DNA from: Verrucomicrobiota bacterium
GTDB lineage: Bacteria; Verrucomicrobiota; Verrucomicrobiia; Palsa-1439
Assembly (NCBI GenBank): GCA_003152315.1
Contig: PLZV01000022.1
Span: 65,671-129,670 of the forward strand
Reading direction: 5' to 3'
DNA length: 64,000 nucleotides
Part shown: piece after piece, positions 48,884 to 59,069 of the stretch
Layout of the letters: every line of letters starts with the position of its first letter
Numbering within the stretch: position 1 is the stretch's first letter
Notes under the pieces: model-generated
The model's database searches: none
Seen by the model: only the letters and a program-made list of their open reading frames with translations
Told to the model about the DNA's origin: nothing
Translations under genes and position numbers: made by a program

Positions 48884-50035
48884 TCAGAAGTGCAAGAGCG
48901 CATCGACGCTAGCGAGGTCCTGCTCGAAGGAGATCGAAGTTGCGGTCGATGCGTTGTGCTGATAGCGATAGGATGCGCCAAACTCCAACCACTTCGTCGC
49001 GAAATACTTGGCGCCAACCCGGCCCTCCCAAATATTATCTATGCGGCTTACTCCTGAGTATTCATCGTGCTCGTAGGCGCCACCGGCATAGACTAGGAAC
49101 TTCTCCCGGTAAATCTTCTGATTGATCTGAAGATCCGCGCGCGTCGTGGTGACGGAAGTTGAAGCGTTGGTGATCGAGGGACTGATCTGTCGCGCGATCA
49201 CAAGATCCGCGAAGGTGTGTTTCGTAAAATCTCCATGTAACGAGACCGTGCTAACCACGGTGTCAATGCTGGGGCTGGAGCCGGAGAAATCACGATGTTC
49301 ATAGCCGACCCCGATATTGCCCGTGATTTTGCTGGTGACCTTCCCGCGCAGGCCGAGATTTACGGTTTCAAATTGCGCATTCTCGCCCTGCGAGACATCG
49401 GCCAACCCATAATCGAATTCCCCGAATACGTCCGTCTTGGGCGACACGTGGTAGTAGATGGCGACACCGGGTTCGAAGAGTTCATTATCAATCTGCCCCG
49501 GGGTCGGAAAATGATGGAATTCCTGGTGATACAGTGCGCCAAGCGAGAAATACTGGTTCACGCTGTACTCCGCGCTGGCGCTGGTCAGATTCTGCTGTTG
49601 TTCAACGCGCGCACCTGCCTCAAAGTCTTCCGAGGTTTCGTCTTTGAATGTGTGGTCGATCTTTAGTTTGACACGGCTGAACTGAAAAAGACCCTTAAGC
49701 ACCACGTCGTGATTGATGGCATTGAGGGTTGTCAGGCGGTAGAACTCTTCGATCCCCATTGTGTAATCGAGCGACAAGTAATTGTGGTCAAGGTTGCCGT
49801 ATTCCAACTGCAGTCCCGGGCTGACCGTGAAGTAAAAGTCGGCGAGCTGGTTTGCAGAGGAGATCAGCACGTTGTCGTCATAGCTCGACTGGAGGTCGAG
49901 GTGTGGATGAAATTTGATGGGCCAATCATCCATGAGGGCTGCGCGGCTACTACGGCCGGACCACAGCAGGGCGGCCAGCACGAGGACGGTCCAAACTGTT
50001 GCGAGCATTGAGAACCGGTATCGGATGTTATTCAT
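48884..50035 (-). CDS. Outer-membrane beta-barrel protein, EPS-locus associated
   Basis: Signal peptide MNNIRYRFSMLATVWTVLVLAALL, alternating amphipathic beta-strands, C-terminal aromatic (LLHF). Confidence 0.6.
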   Translation of the reverse strand: MNNIRYRFSMLATVWTVLVLAALLWSGRSSRAALMDDWPIKFHPHLDLQSSYDDNVLISSANQLADFYFTVSPGLQLEYGNLDHNYLSLDYTMGIEEFYRLTTLNAINHDVVLKGLFQFSRVKLKIDHTFKDETSEDFEAGARVEQQQNLTSASAEYSVNQYFSLGALYHQEFHHFPTPGQIDNELFEPGVAIYYHVSPKTDVFGEFDYGLADVSQGENAQFETVNLGLRGKVTSKITGNIGVGYEHRDFSGSSPSIDTVVSTVSLHGDFTKHTFADLVIARQISPSITNASTSVTTTRADLQINQKIYREKFLVYAGGAYEHDEYSGVSRIDNIWEGRVGAKYFATKWLEFGASYRYQHNASTATSISFEQDLASVDALLHF

Positions 50036-50437
50036 GGGTGAACCTTTCGCTGTTTCGTTCAAACATGCGGCGGAGTGTAGGGTCAACTACAGGTGCCGAC
50101 AAGTGTGAAATACGTATGCTGGCGTGCCGAGGCCCGCGCAAATCGCCACTATTCCCAGTGCATTCATTGTGGGATACGAAATCCTGCGCCTAATGGTTCA
50201 GCAGGGCCAATGCCGACGTGAGAAGGAGTATTGCCTGCCGGGAAGATGTCCTTCGGCGCGTGAAATACTCAGGAATGAAACCAATGATGATGCGTCGCAG
50301 GTACGAGGTTGTGCTGTACATAATTGTCATGGTGACATTTCTGTTCGGCAGGTGTCTACCGCTCACCAACCAGATGCCGGTGATCCAAACCGGAGCGCGG
50401 GCATCTGCGATGCGGGCGCCAGATAGTGCATTCGCTT

Positions 50438-51301
50438 CTACTTCTTCTGGGAATACTTCTTGAGAAGCAAGCCCAGTTTCTTGCGCGTGGCCGGCCGCAG
50501 GAGCCGGTTATGCGTCATAACTGCCGTCGCCAGCGCGTGACGGCAGGTGCAATCCGCCGTGGGGTCGAGTGCCGCCACGGCGCGACGGATAATCTCCTGC
50601 GCGGTCTTCGAGTTCTTCATCAGGTTGGCAACGACCATTTCCACCGTGACAGCCTCGTGGGCCTCGTGCCAGCAATCGTAGTCGGTTACCATCGCCAGCG
50701 TCGCGTAGCAAATCTCCGCTTCGCGCGCACACCGCGCCTCGCCGTAGTTCGTCATGCCAATGACATCCCATCCCATCTGGCGGTGGAACTGCGACTCGGC
50801 GCGCGTCGAAAACGCCGGTCCTTCCATGTTTACATAGGTGCCCCCCACGTGTACGGTCGCCCCCGCATCCTGGGCGCAGGCCGCGAGTGTCTGCTGGACC
50901 CGCCGACAGATTGGATCGGCAAACGAGATATGCGCCACAATGCCGCCGCCAAAGAAGGTGAATTCCTCGCTGCGCTTCGTGCGATCGAAGAACTGGTCGA
51001 TGACCACGATGTCTGTCGGCTGGTACTCTTCCTTTAAGGATCCGACCGCGCTAACGCTGACAATGTGGCTGACCCCCAGCTTCTTCATGCCATAGATATT
51101 TGCCCGATGATTCAATTCGCTGGGAAGAATCGTGTGACCTCGCCCGTGGCGGGGCAGAAACACAACCTCGCGCGCACCGATGCGCCCGCTAAGATACTGG
51201 TCGGATGGTTTGCCGAACGGCGTCGTTACCCGGCTCCAGCGCTTCCGCTCGATGCCTTCCATCTCGTAAAGTCCGCTGCCGCCAATGACACCGATTTTCA
51301 T
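50438..51301 (-). CDS. mtnP: S-methyl-5'-thioadenosine phosphorylase
   Basis: MKIGVIGGSGLY, PNP/MTAP fold motifs GMTN, VIGMTNYGEA. Confidence 0.88.
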   Translation of the reverse strand: MKIGVIGGSGLYEMEGIERKRWSRVTTPFGKPSDQYLSGRIGAREVVFLPRHGRGHTILPSELNHRANIYGMKKLGVSHIVSVSAVGSLKEEYQPTDIVVIDQFFDRTKRSEEFTFFGGGIVAHISFADPICRRVQQTLAACAQDAGATVHVGGTYVNMEGPAFSTRAESQFHRQMGWDVIGMTNYGEARCAREAEICYATLAMVTDYDCWHEAHEAVTVEMVVANLMKNSKTAQEIIRRAVAALDPTADCTCRHALATAVMTHNRLLRPATRKKLGLLLKKYSQKK

Positions 51302-51423
51302 GGACCCACCCGTTTGTTAATGAGAATTCCCGCTCGCATTGCTTCCGGATACGGAATTTGGAGACGAAGGGCAAGACGATTCATATCTGGGAGGTTCTGC
51401 CGCCGGCAGAACACCTCGCAGGC

Positions 51424-51450
51424 AAAAGGCCCTCGGGATGGGGAGGGCCC
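51424..51450 (-). terminator. Candidate intrinsic terminator downstream of pseudopilin gene
   Basis: Minus-strand RNA GGCCCUC-CCCAUCCC-GAGGGCC followed by UUUUG; only 4 U. Confidence 0.35.
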
Positions 51451-51535
51451 GATTGCGTGACGACGCTGTGGCGTGCTAGGGTTCCCCTTGCTCCCGCGCG
51501 CCACAGCGTGCCACGACACAGTCACTGACGTATCA

Positions 51536-51919
51536 TCAGTACGCGCCCCAGTCGATGCCCACACCATCCAGGGACGACTTGGTCGATGCGTTCACCGCAA
51601 TCTGGGTGCCCCCGACCACGGTGAGTGCATAGGAATTGCCGAGGAGGTCATTTGGTTTCCAAGTGGTCTTCAAGTACGTTTGCGCGGCGACGGTATCGAT
51701 GGTGTTGCCATCCGTCTGCCCGGTCTCAAGAGCCCATTGATTGATGGCGGAATCCATCTGACGGCAGTCGTTCAGGATGCGGCGGCCCTGCGATTGCTTG
51801 CGCGCTTTGACGAAACCTGGAATCGCCAGGGCGGCCAACAATCCAATAATTGCGACGACTATCATTATTTCAACCAGAGTGAAACCCTGGTTATCCCGTT
51901 TGAGATTATTATATCTCAT
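51536..51919 (-). CDS. Prepilin-type N-terminal cleavage/methylation domain protein (type II secretion pseudopilin / type IV pilin-like)
   Basis: GFTLVEIMIVVAIIGLLAALAIP class-III signal; strong SD AGGGAG 5 nt upstream of ATG (MRYNNLK). Confidence 0.75.
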   Translation of the reverse strand: MRYNNLKRDNQGFTLVEIMIVVAIIGLLAALAIPGFVKARKQSQGRRILNDCRQMDSAINQWALETGQTDGNTIDTVAAQTYLKTTWKPNDLLGNSYALTVVGGTQIAVNASTKSSLDGVGIDWGAY

Positions 51920-52048
51920 AACTCCCTCTGCTCCCTTAAGTATGATGTTGATTATTGCTGTTCCCACGGGAGTAATCCGGCAGCACTGGAGATGCCAAAA
52001 GCTAACTAGCGGATAACCCTACTGGTTAGTTTATACTTGGCAACCTAA

Positions 52049-52630
52049 CTATGCTGATTCGCCTCTTGGCGGGCCGATGATTTCGGCGGAGATAACGATA
52101 TTCCGGATGTTCTGTCGGTCGCGCAAAGCTTGTGCCCACTGTGTGGCGCGCGACGGTTGCGTCGGTGCCGGTGCGTCCGCAATCGTTTGCTTTAGCTCGG
52201 GCGCATCCGTGACCGGCTCTGGCGTGGGGGGTGAAGGAGGGGGCGACGCTGTGGGAATGGGTGGCGGAGCGACGGGCGGGATCGGCGTTGGTTGGCCGCT
52301 TAACTGTTCCACAAAGCGGCGGATCTGATCAGCGTCGATTCTTCCGGCTTTGCCCGCCGGCGCGGTAACAGAGCGGGGACCCATCGGTGCCGCAGTCCGC
52401 GGGACCGTCGCGGTCGTGCGCGGCGACGGCACCACCACCGGGCGCGGTTGTGGCTGCCGGCGTGGTTGCGCTTGCGGGCGTGACGTCCTGGGGAAGGCCA
52501 CCGGCGGCGTTTCGTCCGAATCAGTCGTGTCTTCATCGGCCGGCTTTTGTAGCTTCGTCAAGCCTTTGACGATGGCGACCACGATGACAATGATCACCCA
52601 AATCAGGCCGTCGATATTGGCAAGTTTCAC
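52049..52630 (-). CDS. Membrane-anchored proline-rich hypothetical protein
   Basis: N-terminal TM helix LIWVIIVIVVAIV, long Pro/Thr/Ala-rich low-complexity region; sits between floA and pseudopilin. Confidence 0.45.
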   Translation of the reverse strand: MKLANIDGLIWVIIVIVVAIVKGLTKLQKPADEDTTDSDETPPVAFPRTSRPQAQPRRQPQPRPVVVPSPRTTATVPRTAAPMGPRSVTAPAGKAGRIDADQIRRFVEQLSGQPTPIPPVAPPPIPTASPPPSPPTPEPVTDAPELKQTIADAPAPTQPSRATQWAQALRDRQNIRNIVISAEIIGPPRGESA

Positions 52631-52634
52631 GATT

Positions 52635-53669
52635 CTAACTGGCTGTGCCGGATTTGCTGACGTCTTCTCCCGCTATCGACTGGCGCATCCGGGTATCTGA
52701 TTGGATGTTCTGCATGCGATAGTAATCCATGACGCCGAGCCGGCCGCTGCGGAATGCTTCCGCCATAGCCATTGGAATCTGGGCCTCCGCTTCGACGACC
52801 TTCGCGCGCATCTCTTGCGTGCGGGCCTTCATTTCCTGTTCGTTGGCAACCGCGATGGCGCGCCGCGTTTCGGCGTTGGCGATGGCCATCTGCTTGTTGG
52901 CTTCGGCTTGTTCCTGCTGCAGACGCGCGCCGATGTTGTCGCCGACGTCGACATCCGCAATATCAATGGACATGATGCCAAAGGCCGTGCTGGCATCGAG
53001 TCCCTTTTCCAATACGCGCTTGGAGATCGTGTCGGGATTCTCCAGCACATCCTTGTAGGAATTCGCCGAGCCGATGGCCGTGACGATGCCTTCGCCGACA
53101 CGGGCAATGATGGTCTCCTCCGTGGCGCCGCCGACAAACCGGTCGAGATGCGTGCGCACCGTGACCCGCGCCTTGACCTGAAGCTGGATGCCGTCCTTCG
53201 CAACGGCGGCGATCGTTTGCTTGCCGCTGGCCGGGTTGGGGCAGTCGATGACCTTGGGGTTCACGGAGGTCATCACGGCTTCGAACACGCTCTTGCCGGA
53301 CTGATGGGTGGCGAGGTCGATGGCTGCCGCCTGGTTGAAGCCAAGATTCAAGTTGGCTTTTTCCGCAGCGATGAGGGCACGGACGACCTGGTTGACATCG
53401 CCACCAGCCAGATAATGCGCTTCGAGTTGGTCGGTCGTGAGGGGTATACCGGCTTTCACCGCGGTGATGCGGCTCTGGACGACCAGTCCGATGGGCACGC
53501 GCCGCAGCCGCATGCTCAATAGCGTGAGGAACGACACCGGTGCGCCGGTCATGCGGGCTTGAATCCAAATATTGATAAATGAAAGGACCACAAAGAAAAC
53601 GATCAAGACGACGATGATGCCGACCGCCAAGAGCGCCATCAGAATGAGTGAGCCAATGTTGTTTTCCAT
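52635..53669 (-). CDS. floA: Flotillin-like protein FloA (SPFH domain, UPF0365/YqfA)
   Basis: N-terminal TM, SPFH domain, C-terminal Ala/Glu-rich coiled coil [31 protein letters not shown]; collinear with B. subtilis YqfA. Confidence 0.85.
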   Translation of the reverse strand: MENNIGSLILMALLAVGIIVVLIVFFVVLSFINIWIQARMTGAPVSFLTLLSMRLRRVPIGLVVQSRITAVKAGIPLTTDQLEAHYLAGGDVNQVVRALIAAEKANLNLGFNQAAAIDLATHQSGKSVFEAVMTSVNPKVIDCPNPASGKQTIAAVAKDGIQLQVKARVTVRTHLDRFVGGATEETIIARVGEGIVTAIGSANSYKDVLENPDTISKRVLEKGLDASTAFGIMSIDIADVDVGDNIGARLQQEQAEANKQMAIANAETRRAIAVANEQEMKARTQEMRAKVVEAEAQIPMAMAEAFRSGRLGVMDYYRMQNIQSDTRMRQSIAGEDVSKSGTAS

Positions 53670-53682
53670 AATTCCATTTCCT

Positions 53683-54159
53683 TTAACCAAGTTTCCTTAC
53701 CACGAGTCGATTTTTATGCACCGCCACAATTTTGATGGGACTGCCGCTCTCGATCATGCCGGATTCGGCCTCCACATCGAGCCGTTTGCCACCAATCATC
53801 GCCATGCCTGCGGGCCGCAACACCGTCTGGGCGACCCCTTCGCGCCCGATCCATTCCTTCACTCGCTCCGCCGGGGCGCTGGCACCCGTTTCCATCTTTG
53901 CCAAAATCATTTTCCGGCCGACAGCCGTCCGCGGGAAATACTTGATGGAGGCATAACCCACACCGAGGCCCAGCGCTACTTCCATACAGAACAGGGCGAT
54001 CGTCTGATCCCGGCTGCCGGTGCTACTGTAACAGATTGCCGTCGCGAACAACATCAGCACCGCGCCGATACTGCCCAGCACAAGGCTGGGCAGGTAAAAC
54101 TCGACGGCGATGAACACCAGACCCACGACTGTTAGCAGGACAATGGCCGTCCAGTTCAT
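53683..54159 (-). CDS. NfeD-family short membrane protein (OB-fold C-terminus), flotillin partner
   Basis: 3 TM N-term + C-terminal beta/OB segment [18 protein letters not shown]; immediately upstream of floA as in yqeZ-yqfA. Confidence 0.72.
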   Translation of the reverse strand: MNWTAIVLLTVVGLVFIAVEFYLPSLVLGSIGAVLMLFATAICYSSTGSRDQTIALFCMEVALGLGVGYASIKYFPRTAVGRKMILAKMETGASAPAERVKEWIGREGVAQTVLRPAGMAMIGGKRLDVEAESGMIESGSPIKIVAVHKNRLVVRKLG

Positions 54160-54166
54160 ATCGCTC

Positions 54167-55666
54167 CTACGCCATTGCCTTCACCACGACGCGGCTGCCC
54201 TGGACTTCCACAATCGTGATCGGCTTGCCCCTTTCGATCAGATCGCCCTCCGTCACAACATCCACCAGCTTGTCGCCAAAGCGCCCTTTGCCGGACGGAC
54301 GCAGGTTTGTCTCCGCGACACCGGCCGCGCCGAGTAATGCTTTTGCTTCGCCCAGGCTCGCCGAGTACCCTTCCGCCGTGTTCGTTGCCGCCACCAGTTC
54401 CATTTTCCGAAACAGTGTGCTCTTTGGCAGGTAGCGGCCGAGCAGTATCGCGACCAGGAAGGCGCCGATCATACTTCCGAATACTTTCATCAGCGGGAAC
54501 TGCACCTGCTCCCAGCTCGGCAGTATCGGGCCGCCCGGAACATGGCCGGTCATAGCCAGCACCAGGGCCGCCAGCACCGCGACCGTGCCCAGTGCCGCAG
54601 AAAGAAAGTGACCCGGAAACAGGAAGAACTCCAGCGCCAGCAGTAACAGCCCGAAAACAAACAGCCCCACTTCCTCCCAGCCCGCCAGTCCTGCCACGAA
54701 ATAGCCGAGGAAATAAATGGCAAAACAAATCACGGCCACAATTGCCGGCAGCGCGACGCCGGGGTGTGACAACTCGATGTACAAGGCGAGGAATCCAACC
54801 AGGATGAGCAGCGGGGAGATCGTCGTAATCCACCGGGCCAGTTGCTCGAATCCGGACGGTGCCACTTCGAACGTGCGGGCTCCCGACAACCCGACTTTCT
54901 GGAACAACTCATCAAGTGATTTTACCGTGCCCGCGGACAACAGCGGTGTGGGTGGGTGACCGTACTCGCGAGCCGCCTCTTCATTTGTCAGGGTCAATAG
55001 TTTGCCCTTGGGTGTGATCTCCTTGCCGTCAATGGTCAACCCAAGCTCGGCATCAACCATCGCCTCGAAGACCGCCGCGTTATGGCCTTTCTCCTGCGCC
55101 GCGCTGCGAATCCGTCCGCGCATGGCCGAAATATTTTTTTCCTCATCACTCTTCGGCAACTGCTGCACCCCCGAGGGGCCAACCACTATGGGCGTCGCGG
55201 CGCCAATCACGCTTCCGGGCGCCATGAAAATCTTGTCCGTGGCCGCGGCGATGTAGGCCCCGGCCGAGTAGGCCTTGTCATCCACGTACGTGTAGGTCTT
55301 CATCGGCGCGCGACCGAGCAGGCCAATGATCTCTTCCATCACGTCCACGCTGCCGCCGTTGGTCCGCATCTCGATCACGACCGCCGCCGCCTTCTTCTCT
55401 TCCGCCTCACGCAACCCGCGCCGGACCAGGTACAGCGTGTTGGGTGTGATGTCCTCGTGAATGGTCAGGACGCACACGGATGGGTTATCGGCGGCGCGGA
55501 CGGAAACCGGGACGGCCAGCGCTACCGTAAGGGCCATCACGGCCCGCACCAGAAACAGCACCACGCCGCACCCGTCGATCTTCGCACTCGGACGCTCTGT
55601 CTGCCTCAACAACATTGCCTCAACTCCTTCCACCGTATCGTGCCGCAATGGTGCAGCCAGCGCCAC
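54167..55666 (-). CDS. NfeD-family membrane-bound ClpP-class serine protease (long form)
   Basis: ClpP/crotonase-like N-domain (CVLTIHEDITP...MRTNGGSVDV), multi-TM middle, C-terminal OB domain; start uncertain (alt Met at 55537). Confidence 0.72.
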   Translation of the reverse strand: MALAAPLRHDTVEGVEAMLLRQTERPSAKIDGCGVVLFLVRAVMALTVALAVPVSVRAADNPSVCVLTIHEDITPNTLYLVRRGLREAEEKKAAAVVIEMRTNGGSVDVMEEIIGLLGRAPMKTYTYVDDKAYSAGAYIAAATDKIFMAPGSVIGAATPIVVGPSGVQQLPKSDEEKNISAMRGRIRSAAQEKGHNAAVFEAMVDAELGLTIDGKEITPKGKLLTLTNEEAAREYGHPPTPLLSAGTVKSLDELFQKVGLSGARTFEVAPSGFEQLARWITTISPLLILVGFLALYIELSHPGVALPAIVAVICFAIYFLGYFVAGLAGWEEVGLFVFGLLLLALEFFLFPGHFLSAALGTVAVLAALVLAMTGHVPGGPILPSWEQVQFPLMKVFGSMIGAFLVAILLGRYLPKSTLFRKMELVAATNTAEGYSASLGEAKALLGAAGVAETNLRPSGKGRFGDKLVDVVTEGDLIERGKPITIVEVQGSRVVVKAMA

Positions 55667-55841
55667 TATAAAAGCATACCCTCGTTTGTAATGACCTCCA
55701 GACGCTCCATTCCCATCCTGGTGGCATCACCTCTACAGATTGACCTGTGCGGCTGCATGGTGACTTTGTCCTTGATCTTTACGCCCAAGCAAATGAAGAT
55801 TGCTGCCCAGATCACTTCCAGACGGAAAGGGAGAAGGCGCC

Positions 55842-56717
55842 ATGAGAATGAATTTGTGCAAGGAATATTTTTACCTCAAGAGCCTCGGTGTATTATTGCT
55901 CGGTGCGGCGATCACGAGTTGTTCCCCGAGCGAGACCGCCACACCCGCAAAATCTGATAAATCGGGAGCCGTCGTTCTCACCGGCTCGAACACGATTGGC
56001 GAGGAATTGGCGCCCCGGCTGATTGCCGAGTACAAGAAAGATCATCCAGCCGCGACGTTTCAAACCGAATTCAAAGGAACCGGGTATGGAGTGGCGGCAA
56101 TGCTGGGTGGACTCAGCGACATCGCGGCAGCTTCCCGGGTGCTCACCACGAACGAAATGGAGTTGGCCCGGACTCGCAATATCAATTGTAACGATTACAC
56201 CATCGGCTCGTACAGCGTCGCGGTGATTGTCAATCTTGGCAACTCTGTCGGAAATCTGACACGGGACCAGGTGCGGGACGTTTTTACCGGCGTTATCCAG
56301 AACTGGAAGGAAGTGGGTGGGTCGGATGGGCCCATTCACCTGTACATCCGCGACCCCATTTCCGGAACGCACCTGGGCTTTCGCGAGTTGGCGATGGAGA
56401 ACAAGCCGTACGGCGCAAGCATGAAGACCTTCCCCAGTTACGCGGCCATCGTTCAGGAGGTTGCCGGCGATGCGAACGGAATTGGTTATAGCAGCATTGA
56501 GTTGTCGACGAAACCCAACGTCAAAGGCGTGTCCATCGGCGGAATCGCCCCGACGTCTGCGATGGTGAACCAGGGCCAGTATCCCTATGCGCGCGTTTTG
56601 CATCTTTTTACCGACAAGGACAAGGAAGCACCTGCGGCGCACGATTTTATTCAATTTGTCCAATCTTCCACGGGACAAAAGCTCCTCGATCAACTGGGCT
56701 TCATACCACATTCGTAA
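55842..56717 (+). CDS. PstS-like phosphate-binding periplasmic lipoprotein (PBP superfamily)
   Basis: Lipobox LGAAITSC, PBP type-2 fold blocks YIRDPISGTHLGF, GIGYSS; no adjacent pstCAB. Confidence 0.68.
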   Translation: MRMNLCKEYFYLKSLGVLLLGAAITSCSPSETATPAKSDKSGAVVLTGSNTIGEELAPRLIAEYKKDHPAATFQTEFKGTGYGVAAMLGGLSDIAAASRVLTTNEMELARTRNINCNDYTIGSYSVAVIVNLGNSVGNLTRDQVRDVFTGVIQNWKEVGGSDGPIHLYIRDPISGTHLGFRELAMENKPYGASMKTFPSYAAIVQEVAGDANGIGYSSIELSTKPNVKGVSIGGIAPTSAMVNQGQYPYARVLHLFTDKDKEAPAAHDFIQFVQSSTGQKLLDQLGFIPHS

Positions 56718-56871
56718 GTCGCGACCGGAAGTCGGCATCGTCAATCAGTCACCGACTTACGGTCGTTTGTTCGCGGTCCAAGCCTCCGGCAACCTTCCTC
56801 TCCGACTGGCCCTGCTTCTTCCGCTTTGCCGTTGGAGTTGGCGGCAGGGCGCACAAATAGTTGAGAGGGAC

Positions 56872-58017
56872 ATGAATCGCGCATTCATCAGCATTGTGAT
56901 TGGCCTCGCGCTTCTAGGTGACACACCGAACCTCCCCGCCGAGACGGCGCAATCGACACCGACCGCGACGCCCGAGCAAACGCTCTCGCCCGCTCAAGTG
57001 GCCCAGAGGCAGTTCGATTTCGGCGTGCAGTTGATGCGTGATCGCAAGTGGGCGGGCGCGGCGCAGGCGTTCGAACGGGCGATCCGTGCGCGCACGAATT
57101 TCCCGCAAGCGTATTACAACTGGGGCATCTCGCTCGTGCAACTCGGCAAACAGGGTTTGACGGGGCCGGAGCAGTTGCAGTCCTTCCAGGCCGCCGCCGA
57201 GAAGTTCAGCAGGGCGGCAGCCCAGAAGCCGGACGACAAGCTTACTTATGCGTCCTGGAGCGAGACCCTCGTGTTGATCGGTGATTTGCCCGTGGAATCC
57301 CGCATCCGCCTGGCTTGTTATCAAGGCGCTGTGGAGAAATGCCGCAAAGCCGCCGAACTCGCGCCCGACGACTGGGAATCCTACAACCAGTGGGCGGTGA
57401 TCCTCTCCACAAAACTGCCCGATTATGCCGTGAACGATCGGGCGCGTTTTCAGTTGTATAAGGAGGCTGCGGCGCTCTTCGCCAAGACTGCCGAACATGC
57501 GCGCTTCAGCGGCGAGATCAGCCCCGTGTGCAACAACTGGGCCAGTGCGCTCGTGCGCGCGGCGCAGGTCACGACCGACCGTGAGATGGAGCAATCACTG
57601 CTGCGCGAGGCGCTGGAGAAATTCGAGCGCGCCGCGAGGGCGCAACCGGGCGCGGCGGCCACGTACACGATGTGGGGCGACGCGCTCATTGATTTGGGCA
57701 GGGTCAGCCGCCTCCGGGGCGATTTCCGCGATGCCATCGAGAAGTTCAACACCAGCCTCGCCCTGCGGCCCGATGACCCCGCCACGCTTTTCAGCCTCGC
57801 CCGCGTTTACGCGCAGCTCGACGATCCTGTCATGGCCGTGCAGAGCCTCAAGAAATGTTTCGACGTTGATACCAGCCGGCTTTATCGCCAGTCCGCGTTA
57901 CAGGATGCCGACCTCGCCGCCCTCCGCGGCACTCCCGAATTCGACGACCTGATGGGCAAGCCCGGCCCGCGCGGCCTCCCCAACTACAACCCCCACCTGA
58001 GCGACAGGCCGCAATAG
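56872..58017 (+). CDS. Secreted TPR-repeat protein
   Basis: SD GAGAGGGA immediately upstream of ATG; signal peptide MNRAFISIVIGLALLG; multiple 34-aa W/Y..A....AL-type TPR-like repeats. Confidence 0.68.
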   Translation: MNRAFISIVIGLALLGDTPNLPAETAQSTPTATPEQTLSPAQVAQRQFDFGVQLMRDRKWAGAAQAFERAIRARTNFPQAYYNWGISLVQLGKQGLTGPEQLQSFQAAAEKFSRAAAQKPDDKLTYASWSETLVLIGDLPVESRIRLACYQGAVEKCRKAAELAPDDWESYNQWAVILSTKLPDYAVNDRARFQLYKEAAALFAKTAEHARFSGEISPVCNNWASALVRAAQVTTDREMEQSLLREALEKFERAARAQPGAAATYTMWGDALIDLGRVSRLRGDFRDAIEKFNTSLALRPDDPATLFSLARVYAQLDDPVMAVQSLKKCFDVDTSRLYRQSALQDADLAALRGTPEFDDLMGKPGPRGLPNYNPHLSDRPQ

Positions 58018-58222
58018 CCGATACTTCCACGAATTGCCCGAAGCAGACACGAAGAGCACGGAGTGGGGTGGGATGGCTACAAGTGTGTGATTATGGGGGA
58101 CTGAACCTTGGCGACAGCATTCTTCTACGGGATCGGCTCGCGTCTCTCGAGGAATCCGTTAATCTCCTCGACTGAATGCTCATCGAGATGGGGGCTGATC
58201 TCTACGGCTATCATACCAGCAC

Positions 58223-58303
58223 CATGTGTGGCCGCTACACTCTAACCGCTGACTTGAAGAAAGTGGCGGACCGGTTCGGGGCGACGGTGCGGGGATTGAG
58301 GTA
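58223..58303 (+). pseudogene. Truncated remnant of an SOS-response-associated peptidase (SRAP/YedK/HMCES) gene: first 26 codons only
   Basis: Encodes MCGRYTLTADLKKVADRFGATVRGLR then stop; MCGRY with Cys2 is the hallmark SRAP N-terminus; no remainder of the ~220-aa protein in any frame. Confidence 0.5.
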
Positions 58304-59069
58304 AGGAACTCAGCCCAAGCCGAATCGAGACGACCTTAACGACAGAGATGCTTCGACAAGCTCAGCATGACAGGCTGAGGAATTGAGGTAGAGCACCCAC
58401 CGCATTATCCCCTCCGAAGAGGGGAACATACTTGCCTATCGTTAAGCGATATTTTTTGCTGGACAAGGTGTTGGGGGAGGGGTATAGTTGGGGAAACTGG
58501 GAACAGATGAACGCTCAACATGAAACGCTCAACGCTCAACTTTCAAGGGGCCGGGGAAAGACGACAGCGGATGGGCAAGCGCGGACGGCTGGGCCAGCCG
58601 TCCCTACCATTCTGGTTGCGACGGTTGTGGGGCATGTTTTGATGAACGGCGCGGCGCGATACCCACACGACAGGCATCGCGCCCTACAATCTTCATTAAA
58701 ATCGCGAAGGGCAATGGGAGCTCAAAAACATGCGTTTCTGCGAAACGAACCGGATTGGCAAACGCGAAATTACGAATGGATGTGGCAGGGCTGCAGGAGG
58801 TTAGGATGCGCAGAAATATTTTTTCAATCCGGTTCGTTTCAGTTCGTAATGCTCATGCCCATTCGCATTACCCTTCGGGCCTCGAAACTACACGAGGCGG
58901 TTTGCCGCATACAACAGCGGCGTCTCGTCCGACTCGGCTTGCGCCTTCCCGAGGCGCTCGGCTTGGCAATGAAATGGACTCGTTTCAGGGAAACGAAACC
59001 ACAGAGGGAGTCGCGACGGTGACGTCCCTTCGACGTTCAAGCCCCGAATTGGAAACGCGCCAGAACCGA

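Noticed and set aside
58432-59022. 196-aa plus-strand ORF in the 58-59 kb gap
   Set aside because: Spans hairpins, direct repeats and low-GC3 sequence; no SD, no recognisable domain; region better explained as non-coding.
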